Source of the DNA: an uncultured Staphylococcus sp.
GTDB lineage: Bacteria > Bacillota_I > Bacilli_A > RFN20 > CAG-826
Direction of reading: 5' to 3'
Assembly: GCA_964579925.1 (NCBI GenBank)
Contig: CAZOHK010000002.1
Location: 1 to 46,240, forward strand
Length of the DNA: 46,240 nucleotides
Shown here: positions 1 through 8,566 of the stretch, in pieces
How positions within the stretch are numbered: position 1 is the stretch's first letter
How the letters are laid out: each line of letters begins with the position of its first letter
Notes under the pieces: generated by a model
Told to the model about the DNA's origin: nothing
Seen by the model: the letters and a program-made list of their open reading frames with translations, nothing else
Databases searched by the model: none
Program-made: the position numbers and the translations under genes

Positions 1-1608
1 CATTATCCAGAAGTCGATGCGTTGAATGTCTTTCCTGTTCCAGACGGTGATACCGGTCTGAATATGAATTTAACCGTATCAAGCGGTTCTAAAGAAGTTG
101 CCAATCGCAACGATGAACATATTTATGACCTTGCCAAAGCATTTTCAAAAGGATTATTAATGGGTGCGCGCGGAAACTCTGGGGTTATCACCTCACAAAT
201 TTTCCGAGGTTTTGCCCAATCCCTCGAAGGTAAAGCTGAAATTAACGCGGTTCAATTTGCCGAAGCATGGATGCTGGGAAAAGAAGTTGCCTATAAAGCA
301 GTCATGCGACCGGTTGAAGGAACGATGTTAACCGTCATTCGCGAAAGTGCCCAAGCGTTAATGGATCAAGTGAAACCGAATTGGTCGATCGAAGAATGTA
401 TGCGGGCAATGATCAAGGAAGCCCACGCATCGTTAAAGCGCACCCCAGACTTATTGCCAATCTTAAAAGAAGTTGGTGTGGTTGACTCCGGTGGTTTAGG
501 TTTAATTAAAATTCTTGAAGGTTTTGAGTTTGGTTTACTCGATAAAGTGGTTGAAAAGCTTGAAGCGACCGCATTAACTGCCAAAGCTGGTAAAGAAATG
601 GCAGGGGCAAAACTTGAAGCGGAAGAATTTGGTTATTGTACCGAATTCATTTTAAAACTCGATGAAAAAAATCCGGATAAGAAACCTTTTATTGAAAAAC
701 GTTTTTATGAATATTTAGAACAACAAGGCAACTCCATCGTCCTTGTAAAAGATGAAGATTTAGTCAAGGTCCATATTCATACCTTAAATCCTGCGAGTGT
801 TTTTGGATATGCATTTAAATTTGGTGAATGCGTAACGATGAAAGCCGACAACATGAGCATTCAACATGAAAATATCACCGAATCAAGCAAAGGTCATGAT
901 CATGCAAAACCCACCAAAAAAGAACAACCCGTTGAAGAAAAAGTTTATGGTTTGATTAGTGTTGCCGCTGGTGAAGGCATGGCCCAAGCGTTTAAAGATT
1001 TAGGTGTTCACGCGATTGTCTCGGGTGGGCAAACGATGAACCCTTCCACAGAAGATTTCGTCAAAGCGGCCCGCGACGTCCATGCAAAGAATGTCTTCTT
1101 TTTACCAAACAATCCCAACATTATCCTCGCTGCCAAACAGGCAGTTGAGGCGCTGAATGAAGAAGGATTGATCAATGCTGCCGTCATTGAAACCAAAACG
1201 ATCCCAGAAGGTTTAACCGCGGTAATTAACTTCATTGCAGATTTACCGATGACCGAAAACGTGGAAGCAATGAATCAAGCGATCAAGTTGGTAAAGTCAG
1301 GGGCAGTGACCTTTGCAATCAAAGATACTAAAATCAATGGCCTTGAAGTCAAAAAGGACCATTTTATGGGCATTATTGGCAAGAAGATTGTTTGTACCGC
1401 TAAAGAATTATTTGAAGCAACCAAAACTTTACTCGAACAAATGGTCGATGATGCCTCATCTTTGGTGACCATCTTTTATGGCGAAGGAACCAGTGATGCC
1501 GTCATTGAAAAGCTTAAAGATTATACGTATGAATCCTATCGTGGTGTCGACTTTGAATTCAAACCAGGTAATCAACCGGTTTACGCGTTTATCGTAGGCG
1601 TAGAATAA
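1..1608 (+). CDS. DAK2 domain-containing protein, YloV family (5' end cut by the window edge)
   Basis: Frame 1 is open from base 1. DAK2 motif NVFPVPDGDTGLNM lies near the start, and the protein has a C-terminal DegV/DhaL-like half. It sits upstream of recG as in Bacillus. Confidence 0.85.
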   Translation, partial: HYPEVDALNVFPVPDGDTGLNMNLTVSSGSKEVANRNDEHIYDLAKAFSKGLLMGARGNSGVITSQIFRGFAQSLEGKAEINAVQFAEAWMLGKEVAYKAVMRPVEGTMLTVIRESAQALMDQVKPNWSIEECMRAMIKEAHASLKRTPDLLPILKEVGVVDSGGLGLIKILEGFEFGLLDKVVEKLEATALTAKAGKEMAGAKLEAEEFGYCTEFILKLDEKNPDKKPFIEKRFYEYLEQQGNSIVLVKDEDLVKVHIHTLNPASVFGYAFKFGECVTMKADNMSIQHENITESSKGHDHAKPTKKEQPVEEKVYGLISVAAGEGMAQAFKDLGVHAIVSGGQTMNPSTEDFVKAARDVHAKNVFFLPNNPNIILAAKQAVEALNEEGLINAAVIETKTIPEGLTAVINFIADLPMTENVEAMNQAIKLVKSGAVTFAIKDTKINGLEVKKDHFMGIIGKKIVCTAKELFEATKTLLEQMVDDASSLVTIFYGEGTSDAVIEKLKDYTYESYRGVDFEFKPGNQPVYAFIVGVE

Positions 1609-1623
1609 ACAAACCATCACATC

Positions 1624-1647
1624 AACCAGGTAATTGCCTGGTTTTTG
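1624..1647 (+). terminator. Rho-independent terminator after yloV
   Basis: Stem AACCAGG / CCTGGTT with loop TAATTG, followed by a T-run. Confidence 0.6.
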
Positions 1648-1656
1648 TTTTACAAT

Positions 1657-3582
1657 ATGCTCATGAAACTGACGAGTAGTGAACGTCTTGCAAACGCGTT
1701 AGCAAAGATGAACATTCATGATGAAAAAGATTTATTACTTACTTTTCCTTATCGGTATGAAGACCTTACACCGACCAAGGATAAGCTTTATCACGACCAA
1801 CAACGGCTCGTCTTGATTGGAAAAGTAACCAGCACACCAACAGTTTTCTATAAAGGAAGTTTGGTGATGACAAGATTTACCTTCAAAGATCATCATCAAC
1901 ATCTCATCCATGTGGTCGCGTTTCGTCGACCTTACCTAGCAAAAATGCTTCTGCCTGGAGAGGTCTTTACAGTGGTTGGAAAGTACCAAGCCGCTGGACA
2001 AGTGTTGAATTTAATCAACATCATGAAAGGTGAACTGGATGAAGCTTCCCGCTTTAAACCAGTCTATCGATTACCAAGTGACATCGAACCACACCATTTT
2101 CAAAGGATGATGAAAAAAGCGATTCTTCATCTATCCGATTTAACATTTACAAACCATCTACCTTCAAGCCTGATTCAATCTTATGGTTTACAAGCGAAAG
2201 CTGAGGCTTTAAAAACAATTCATCAACCCTCCTCGATTGAGGCCGCAAGCGAAGCAATGAAGGTGTTCAAGTTTGAAGAAGCGATGACCATGATGCAAAA
2301 GATGTTGGCCATCCGTGAAGAAAACCAAGCCTCCATTAAGGAAAAAATGAAGTTGATTCCGGTTGGTAAAGTTGTGGATTGTATTGAATCCTTACCTTAT
2401 CCCTTAACCACCGATCAATTGGAAGCAGTCAATGACTTGCTTTCTGATATGAACGATCGCAAGCGCATGTATCGTTTACTACAAGGTGATGTTGGTAGTG
2501 GAAAAACCGTTGTTGCTGCACTCGCACTCTATGGAAATGCATTAAGGCATGCCCAAGGAGCATTCATGGCACCAACGGATGCGCTTGCAAAACAGCATTT
2601 TTTGACGTTGCAAAATTTATTAGGTTCAAAAGGTTTAACCATACGTCTATTAACTGGAAGTATGTCGCATACTGAAAAAAAAGCCATTAAAGAATCCTTA
2701 CATCTAGGCGCAATTGATATCATTGTTGGCACCCACACTTTATTTTCTACGGATACAAGTTTCTTTTCATTAGGTTTAGCCGTTATTGATGAGCAACATC
2801 GTTTCGGTGTGAATCAGCGTGATTTATTGAAAGATAAAGGAAAACAAACGGACATCTTAATGATGTCGGCAACACCGATTCCGCGATCACTTGCGATGAC
2901 CGTTTATGCAGATATGGATATTACAACGCTTACCAAATTTCCATTCGCTGCCAAAAAAGTAAAGACCGCATTAGTTGAAGAAGATGATGCCTTAATTGCC
3001 TATGCAATTGCTTCTGCTTTGGAACAACAAAAACGAATCTATATTGTTGCCCCAAAAATCATGGAATCAAGTCGAGGAAAACAATCCGTGATTTCGCTCT
3101 TTCAACGCTATGCAAAACATTATCCGAAACAAGTTGGTTTACTTCATGGCAAATTAGACCAAGAAGACAAAGATGCAATCCTGCACGCATTTATTACCGG
3201 ATATACGCCAATTTTGGTGAGTACAACCGTGATTGAAGTTGGGATTGATGTTAAACCAGCGACGGTGATGATTATTCATGATGCGGATTCATTTGGATTG
3301 GCGTCATTACATCAATTAAGAGGACGAATTGGCCGTGATGGATCCGAAGCAATATGTTTACTCGTAGTTCAAGATAAAAATGTAGAAGGCCTAGAAAGAT
3401 TACAGGTGATGGTTCAATCCAACGATGGTTTCTTTATTGCCGAACAAGACTTAGCCTTGCGTGGACCCGGAGAGATGACAGGTATGAAACAAGCAGGCAT
3501 ACCCGGGTTTCAATATTTAAATATTGTCCTTGATCAACCCATTATCAAGGCAGTCAAAGCATACTTAACTCAAAATCCCTAA
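1657..3582 (+). CDS. recG: ATP-dependent DNA helicase RecG
   Basis: Walker A GDVGSGKT, DEQHRFG, MSATPIPRSL and QLRGRIGRDG motifs. The track start at 1645 is a TTG inside the terminator T-run, so ATG 1657 or 1663 is more likely. Confidence 0.9.
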   Translation: MLMKLTSSERLANALAKMNIHDEKDLLLTFPYRYEDLTPTKDKLYHDQQRLVLIGKVTSTPTVFYKGSLVMTRFTFKDHHQHLIHVVAFRRPYLAKMLLPGEVFTVVGKYQAAGQVLNLINIMKGELDEASRFKPVYRLPSDIEPHHFQRMMKKAILHLSDLTFTNHLPSSLIQSYGLQAKAEALKTIHQPSSIEAASEAMKVFKFEEAMTMMQKMLAIREENQASIKEKMKLIPVGKVVDCIESLPYPLTTDQLEAVNDLLSDMNDRKRMYRLLQGDVGSGKTVVAALALYGNALRHAQGAFMAPTDALAKQHFLTLQNLLGSKGLTIRLLTGSMSHTEKKAIKESLHLGAIDIIVGTHTLFSTDTSFFSLGLAVIDEQHRFGVNQRDLLKDKGKQTDILMMSATPIPRSLAMTVYADMDITTLTKFPFAAKKVKTALVEEDDALIAYAIASALEQQKRIYIVAPKIMESSRGKQSVISLFQRYAKHYPKQVGLLHGKLDQEDKDAILHAFITGYTPILVSTTVIEVGIDVKPATVMIIHDADSFGLASLHQLRGRIGRDGSEAICLLVVQDKNVEGLERLQVMVQSNDGFFIAEQDLALRGPGEMTGMKQAGIPGFQYLNIVLDQPIIKAVKAYLTQNP

Positions 3583-3642
3583 AAAGGTTTAACCTAGGAA
3601 TAATAGGAAGATTGCATATAATTTGCTAAAATATTGAATAAG

Positions 3643-4668
3643 ATGAAACGAACCTTAATCCTTGATATGATGGGTGCCGATAAAGGGGCTAGAGAATTAG
3701 TCGCAGGTGTGAAATTATTTTTGGCGCGAAATCCAGGTGATTACCGCTTGGTCGCGGTTGGTAAACAAGAAGAACTTCAAGGTTTAAAAGGCATTGCAGA
3801 GATTATCGATGCTCGTGATGTTGTTCCCATGGAAGCGGGCGCAAGGGATGTTTTACGGATGAAGCAATCCTCGATGATGGTCGCGATTGATCTATATGAA
3901 ACGTTAAAAGCAGATGCGATGATTTCCTGTGGTGGAACCGGTGCATATTTATCTGCCGCAACCTTAAAATTAAAATTAATCCCTGGTGTGGAACGAGCTG
4001 CGCTCATTGTTCCAATGCCTAACGCAATCGGAACGATTACCAATGTCCTTGATATTGGTGCAAGTAATGAAAACAGTGCAGAGCACTTAATTCAATTTGC
4101 AGAAATGGGTCGCTTATTTAATCAAGCGGTCTATGGAAATAAAGAACCAAGGGTTTATATGTTAGCGAACGGAACCGAAGATAAAAAAGGTTCCCCAGAA
4201 AGTAAAAAAGCGTTTGATATGCTCACCCAGATGAAATTTCCAGGTTTTAAGGGAAACATCGAAGGTCGAGATTCTTTAAATGGCCATGCAGATGTCATCG
4301 TCACCGATGGTTTTACAGGCAATGTTTATTTAAAAACTACTGAGGGTGTCTTTAAGATTATGAGCAATGAAATTAAAAAGATTTTTAAACGAACCTTGCT
4401 TTCAAAGGTCGCTTATCTATTTGCAAAAAAAGGTGTCAATCAAATGAGACATCGTTGGGATTATCGCACCACGGGGGGCAGTATGTTGTTGGGGTTAAAT
4501 GGTATCATCGTCAAAGCGCATGGAAGTAGCGATCGACTTGCGTTTTCTTATGCAATGGAAGTTGGAAAAAAACTTGCCGAAGCTAACATCGTAGCAACCA
4601 TGAAGAAAGGATTTTCAAATGCGACCGATACAACAATTGTTGGAACAACTACAAATCCAACCTCTTGA
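3643..4668 (+). CDS. plsX: Phosphate acyltransferase PlsX
   Basis: N-terminus LILDMMGADKG and VVTDGFTGNV-type motif (VIVTDGFTGNVYLK). ATG 3643 is preferred over TTG 3634. A TGcTAAAAT extended -10 lies at 3624-3632. Confidence 0.9.
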   Translation: MKRTLILDMMGADKGARELVAGVKLFLARNPGDYRLVAVGKQEELQGLKGIAEIIDARDVVPMEAGARDVLRMKQSSMMVAIDLYETLKADAMISCGGTGAYLSAATLKLKLIPGVERAALIVPMPNAIGTITNVLDIGASNENSAEHLIQFAEMGRLFNQAVYGNKEPRVYMLANGTEDKKGSPESKKAFDMLTQMKFPGFKGNIEGRDSLNGHADVIVTDGFTGNVYLKTTEGVFKIMSNEIKKIFKRTLLSKVAYLFAKKGVNQMRHRWDYRTTGGSMLLGLNGIIVKAHGSSDRLAFSYAMEVGKKLAEANIVATMKKGFSNATDTTIVGTTTNPTS

Positions 4669-5305
4669 TATCCAACTTTATCAATTAGCCTTTACCCATA
4701 CTTCTGTCAATGCAACCGGCAAAGGTATCGGTAAAGACTATGAACGATTAGAGTTTATGGGTGATGCGTTTATTTCCATGGTCGTCGCGGATTTAGTCTT
4801 TCAACTTCATCCAGAATGGTCACAAGGTGAACTCAGTAAAACCCGAGCAAAATTTGTTCAAACCAACAGTTTGGTGAAAATTGCCCGAACGATGAATTTA
4901 CATGAATTTGTGACGATTGGTCCTTCGATTAAACGAGAAATGGTTCAACAAAGTGACAAAATATTAGAAGATATCTTCGAAGCATTTGTTGGTGCAATCT
5001 ATCTTGATTTAGGTTTTGAAAAAGCATTTGCATTCGTAAGCCATTTATTCCGTTCCTTGATCATCGAAGTTGATACCGATGATTTAACGGATTACAAGAC
5101 GCGACTCCAAGAAGAAATGCAAGCTGAATTTCGCGAAGCTGTCACCTATGAAAAAATTGAAGAATCCGGTCCTGCGCATGATAAACGCTTTACCTATCAA
5201 GTTAGTTTTAACGGGATTATACTTGGCACCGGAACCGGTGCCAGTAAGAAAAAAGCAGAACAAGCTGCTGCCAAAGTTGCCCTTGAAAAGAAGGTCACCA
5301 AATAA
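4619..5305 (+). CDS. rnc: Ribonuclease III
   Basis: RNase III signature ERLEFMGDAF, EDIFEAFVGAIYLD, and a C-terminal dsRBD (GSGASKKKAEQAAA-like: GTGASKKKAEQAAAKVAL). Confidence 0.9.
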   Translation: MRPIQQLLEQLQIQPLDIQLYQLAFTHTSVNATGKGIGKDYERLEFMGDAFISMVVADLVFQLHPEWSQGELSKTRAKFVQTNSLVKIARTMNLHEFVTIGPSIKREMVQQSDKILEDIFEAFVGAIYLDLGFEKAFAFVSHLFRSLIIEVDTDDLTDYKTRLQEEMQAEFREAVTYEKIEESGPAHDKRFTYQVSFNGIILGTGTGASKKKAEQAAAKVALEKKVTK

Positions 5306-5306
5306 C

Positions 5307-5546
5307 ATGAATTTCTTGATTAGTTTTATCATTTTTATTGCCATCGATGCATTAGTGACGAGCATTCTATTTTCGCTTGGTGTCTCTTTACCCATCATTG
5401 ATTTGGTGGTGTCATTAATGGTTGCTTTTGTCTTTGCGTCGATGAACACACCAAAGCCTCGCTATCTCAATGTTCAATTTCATAAAAACTTTGCCTTTAT
5501 TTTTATTGTCTTATTGTTGATGCGTTATTTATTTAATTATGCCTAA
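5307..5546 (+). CDS. Small hydrophobic membrane protein of unknown function (79 aa)
   Basis: ATG lies 1 nt after the rnc stop. The protein has about 3 predicted TM segments. Only the distal part of track ORF 5148-5546 lies outside rnc. Confidence 0.45.
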   Translation: MNFLISFIIFIAIDALVTSILFSLGVSLPIIDLVVSLMVAFVFASMNTPKPRYLNVQFHKNFAFIFIVLLLMRYLFNYA

Positions 5547-5874
5547 ACGAAACCCTTTACGTGATTTTGACACGATCAATCCGTTGTTGGATTTATACGG
5601 AAATTTACTAACCAAACATCAACAGGCGATCATGTCAGACTACTATCGATTTAACTTGTCGTTAAAGGAAATCGCCGATCAACGCGATATTTCTAGAGCC
5701 GCTGTATCCGATGCGATTACTCAAGCTAAACGCCATTTTAAAGCTTTAGAAGCGTCGCTACACGTTTATGACATTCGCCAATCTTTAGAAACGATGCTCA
5801 CCCAAGAACTCGATGCTGAGTCCATCAAAGAAAAAATAAAAATGATTTTAAATCGCCAAAGCCGCAAGCGCTAG
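5539..5874 (+). CDS. ylxM: YlxM/UPF0122 helix-turn-helix protein (normally the upstream partner of ffh)
   Basis: About 110 aa with a sigma-70 region-4-like HTH: LLTKHQQAIMSDYYRFNLSLKEIADQRDISRAAVSDAI. Confidence 0.8.
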   Translation: MPKRNPLRDFDTINPLLDLYGNLLTKHQQAIMSDYYRFNLSLKEIADQRDISRAAVSDAITQAKRHFKALEASLHVYDIRQSLETMLTQELDAESIKEKIKMILNRQSRKR

Positions 5875-6669
5875 TGTGATGGTTCCGACTACCAATAAAT
5901 ACCACGCGAAATATTGAAAGTGCTTCATACTGAGGTGTTCAAAAACGAGTTTGAGGGTTACCCATGTCACGGTACCTGCAACTACCGTCGCGATGATGAT
6001 GCTGATGAGTGCATTCGATTCGATCGTTTGAATCCGATCAAACGAGACAAGAAAACTTCCTAAGGTAATCGGAATAAACAAGAGAAAGGCAAACTCTTTT
6101 GCCTTCGCTAAGGTTAAACCACCTAACAAGCTTCCCATCAAGGTCGATCCACTACGAGAAATGCCAGGGAGAATGCCGATCACTTGGAATAAACCACTCA
6201 TGAATGTATTCTTCAGCGTATATTGGCCATAACTTAACTTTGCTAATCGTGGCACCAACAATAAGATCGATGCAGTGAAATAAAAACCAATACCAACCAT
6301 CCATAAAGATTGAAACACGGAATCAATGAAATCTTTGATCAAGTAACCTGCAAGCGCAGAAGGGATGGTTGCCATCACTAAATAGAGGATGAGCATCATA
6401 TCGTCTTGAATCGCATCGCTGCGTTTTCCTTGAAGAAAAGCAATTAGGTGGTTAAGAATTCTTAAGATGACGGGAAGAAAATAAATCAAAAACGCAAACA
6501 AAGATCCCACATGCAAAAGTAAGGCAAATAAAGCTTCTTCTCCAACATTTGTATTGAGGATAGATTGAAAGAGTGCAAGATGGCCTGAACTCGAAATCGG
6601 TAAAACTTCGCTAATGCCTTGAATGACTGCAAGCAGCAAATATCGAAGGAATTCCACGTATTCATTCAT
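5848..6669 (-). CDS. uppP: Undecaprenyl-diphosphate phosphatase (BacA/UppP)
   Basis: Polytopic membrane protein with SSSGHL and PGISRSGST motifs. Its ATG overlaps the trmD stop in an ATGA junction. Confidence 0.85.
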   Translation of the reverse strand: MNEYVEFLRYLLLAVIQGISEVLPISSSGHLALFQSILNTNVGEEALFALLLHVGSLFAFLIYFLPVILRILNHLIAFLQGKRSDAIQDDMMLILYLVMATIPSALAGYLIKDFIDSVFQSLWMVGIGFYFTASILLLVPRLAKLSYGQYTLKNTFMSGLFQVIGILPGISRSGSTLMGSLLGGLTLAKAKEFAFLLFIPITLGSFLVSFDRIQTIESNALISIIIATVVAGTVTWVTLKLVFEHLSMKHFQYFAWYLLVVGTITLALAALAI

Positions 6670-7433
6670 TTGGTAAATTTCTTACCTTTCTCAATCGCCA
6701 ATAATTCCCAATCACCGGTTCGAACTTCATCTAATTCTTTGATGAGTGCGATCATCTCTTTGGTCAGAAGAAGTTTTGCAAATAAATCTGGGCGATAACG
6801 TCTTGTGAGGTTAAGGGATTGTTTTAACCGCCATTTGCGAATGGCCTCATGATTTCCCGAGTATAAAATGTCAGGGACTTTTTTACCGTCAATGTCTCGT
6901 GGTTCTGTATATTGTGGGTATTCAAGTAAACCATGTGTAAACGATTCTTCTTGTAAGGAAGAAGCTTCAATCACGCCAGGTAATAAACGAATCACTGCAT
7001 CTAAAATGGCCATCGCTGCCACTTCCCCACCCGTCATGACAAAATCCCCAAGTGATATCCATTCATCGACATCATCATGTATCCGTTCATCAAAACCTTC
7101 GTAGTGACCACAAATCAAGGTGATGGATGGAAGTTGACTTAACCGGGATGCATCTGCTTGGGAAAATGCTTTTCCTCGAGGGGTTAACAATATTTTTCTT
7201 GTTGGTTTTGGAATCGATAACAAGGCATCATGAATGGGTTGATGTTTTAAAACTAGACCTGCACCACCACCGATTGGAGGTGTATCGACGCGGCGATAAG
7301 GGTCTTTGGTAAATGCTCTAAATGGAACAAGATTGACGCTTGCTTTGCCTTCTCCGATTGCTCTTTTAATAATGGACGTGGTTAAGAAACCTTGAAACAT
7401 CTCTGGAAACAAGGTCAAGACATGTAAGGTCAT
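6666..7433 (-). CDS. trmD: tRNA (guanine37-N1)-methyltransferase TrmD
   Basis: Starts MTLHVLTLFPEMF; carries ICGHYEGFDERI and GGEVAAMAILDAV. The start was moved to the ATG that overlaps the rimM stop (ATGA at 7430-7433). Confidence 0.9.
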   Translation of the reverse strand: MTLHVLTLFPEMFQGFLTTSIIKRAIGEGKASVNLVPFRAFTKDPYRRVDTPPIGGGAGLVLKHQPIHDALLSIPKPTRKILLTPRGKAFSQADASRLSQLPSITLICGHYEGFDERIHDDVDEWISLGDFVMTGGEVAAMAILDAVIRLLPGVIEASSLQEESFTHGLLEYPQYTEPRDIDGKKVPDILYSGNHEAIRKWRLKQSLNLTRRYRPDLFAKLLLTKEMIALIKELDEVRTGDWELLAIEKGKKFTK

Positions 7434-7936
7434 AACATGCCTTCTACAAATCGAACGCAAATCATCTTTGATTCAAGGTTAACGTCCACAATAAATGGTT
7501 CAATAAACGGAATCAACACATCACTTTTTCCTTCGCGTTGCATCCTGAGCAATGCCCGATTTGCCATGCGTTCAATTGCTGAAACTTTTCCGACAATCAG
7601 GTTGGCATCGGTTGTGATCGTCATGCCAATTAAGTCCTCATGATAAAAATTACCTGCTTTTAAACGAATCTCATCTTTCTTTGCATATAAAAATAAGCCC
7701 ATCCAACCTTGGACGAGGTTGATATCAAGGTGATCTTGAAATTGAATAAAATCAAGACCCGGTTCATGGCGAGCCTGTTTGACAATTAAAGGGACATATT
7801 GGCCATTTTTTTCAAGGTAAACGGTATTCCCTTTGCGATAACGAAGCAAAGGAAAATCAGTTAAAGAAGCAATCTTCAATTCACCTTGAAGACCGCGAAC
7901 GTTGATAATTTTACCAATTGTGATGAGTGTATCCAT
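7430..7936 (-). CDS. rimM: 16S rRNA processing protein RimM
   Basis: IGKIINVRGLQGELKI N-terminus and a PRC-barrel C-terminus. It sits between the KH protein gene and trmD. Confidence 0.85.
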   Translation of the reverse strand: MDTLITIGKIINVRGLQGELKIASLTDFPLLRYRKGNTVYLEKNGQYVPLIVKQARHEPGLDFIQFQDHLDINLVQGWMGLFLYAKKDEIRLKAGNFYHEDLIGMTITTDANLIVGKVSAIERMANRALLRMQREGKSDVLIPFIEPFIVDVNLESKMICVRFVEGML

Positions 7937-7940
7937 AAAG

Positions 7941-7968
7941 AAAAAAACCGAGGAACGTTATTCCTCGG
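7941..7968 (-). terminator. Intrinsic terminator/attenuator between the KH-protein gene and rimM
   Basis: On the minus strand: CCGAGGAA-UAACG-UUCCUCGG, a perfect 8-bp stem, followed by U7. The KH-gene stop codon lies in the loop. Confidence 0.65.
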
Positions 7969-8224
7969 TGGTTGTCTTTTCAAACGCTTCGAATTTAAGA
8001 TGAACGCGGCGATTATCAATCTTTCCTGCAATTGAAATCACTTCGCGTAAGGCATCAGCGATGATACCTTTACGACCAATCAGTCTTGAAGTATCTTCAC
8101 CTTCGGCAACAATTAGCAAAGTTAAATCGATGGGGTTGTCGTTTGGTAATTCGCGAATCAAAAGTGCATCTTTATTTTCAACGAAATCATCTACAAAAGC
8201 GTGAATGATCGCTGGGTAGTCCAT
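7958..8224 (-). CDS. KH-domain RNA-binding protein (YlqC/UPF0109)
   Basis: 88 aa with LIGRKGIIADALREV (GxxG KH motif). It occupies the conserved position between rpsP and rimM. Confidence 0.8.
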   Translation of the reverse strand: MDYPAIIHAFVDDFVENKDALLIRELPNDNPIDLTLLIVAEGEDTSRLIGRKGIIADALREVISIAGKIDNRRVHLKFEAFEKTTTEE

Positions 8225-8226
8225 GG

Positions 8227-8499
8227 TTATTTACCTTTTTTTGAAGCGAGGAAAGTTTTCATGATACCTTTGTGTTTAAACAAAGTCTTCACCGTGTCGG
8301 AAATTTGTGCGCCTAAACCTAACCACTTTAAAGCAATGGCTTCATCAATGGTGGCTTCCGTTGCAGGCTTTTGTGGATCATAAAAACCGACTTGTTCAAT
8401 ATAGCGTCCGTCACGAGCATATCGTGAGTCTGCTGCAACGATACGATATGAGGGATCTGCGTGGCGACCGGTACGTGCTAAGCGAATTCTAACTGCCAT
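8227..8499 (-). CDS. rpsP: 30S ribosomal protein S16
   Basis: MAVRIRLARTGRHADPSYRIVAADSRYARDGRYIEQVGFYDP. Confidence 0.95.
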   Translation of the reverse strand: MAVRIRLARTGRHADPSYRIVAADSRYARDGRYIEQVGFYDPQKPATEATIDEAIALKWLGLGAQISDTVKTLFKHKGIMKTFLASKKGK

Positions 8500-8531
8500 A
8501 ATTTTAAGTCTCCTTTAATCTTTGTAACTTC

Positions 8532-8560
8532 ATTTTATGCAATACATATACACGTGTCAA
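8532..8560 (-). promoter_or_regulatory. Sigma-A type promoter for rpsP
   Basis: Minus strand TTGACA (8560-8555), 17-nt spacer, TAAAAT (8537-8532). An AAGGAG SD lies upstream of the rpsP ATG. Confidence 0.55.
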
Positions 8561-8566
8561 GTTATT

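Noticed and set aside
5084-5449. 121-aa minus-strand ORF, and the 5' half of + ORF 5148-5546, both overlapping rnc
   Set aside because: Both overlap the well-supported RNase III coding region and have no start signals. Only the part from ATG 5307, outside rnc, is retained as a possible small membrane protein.
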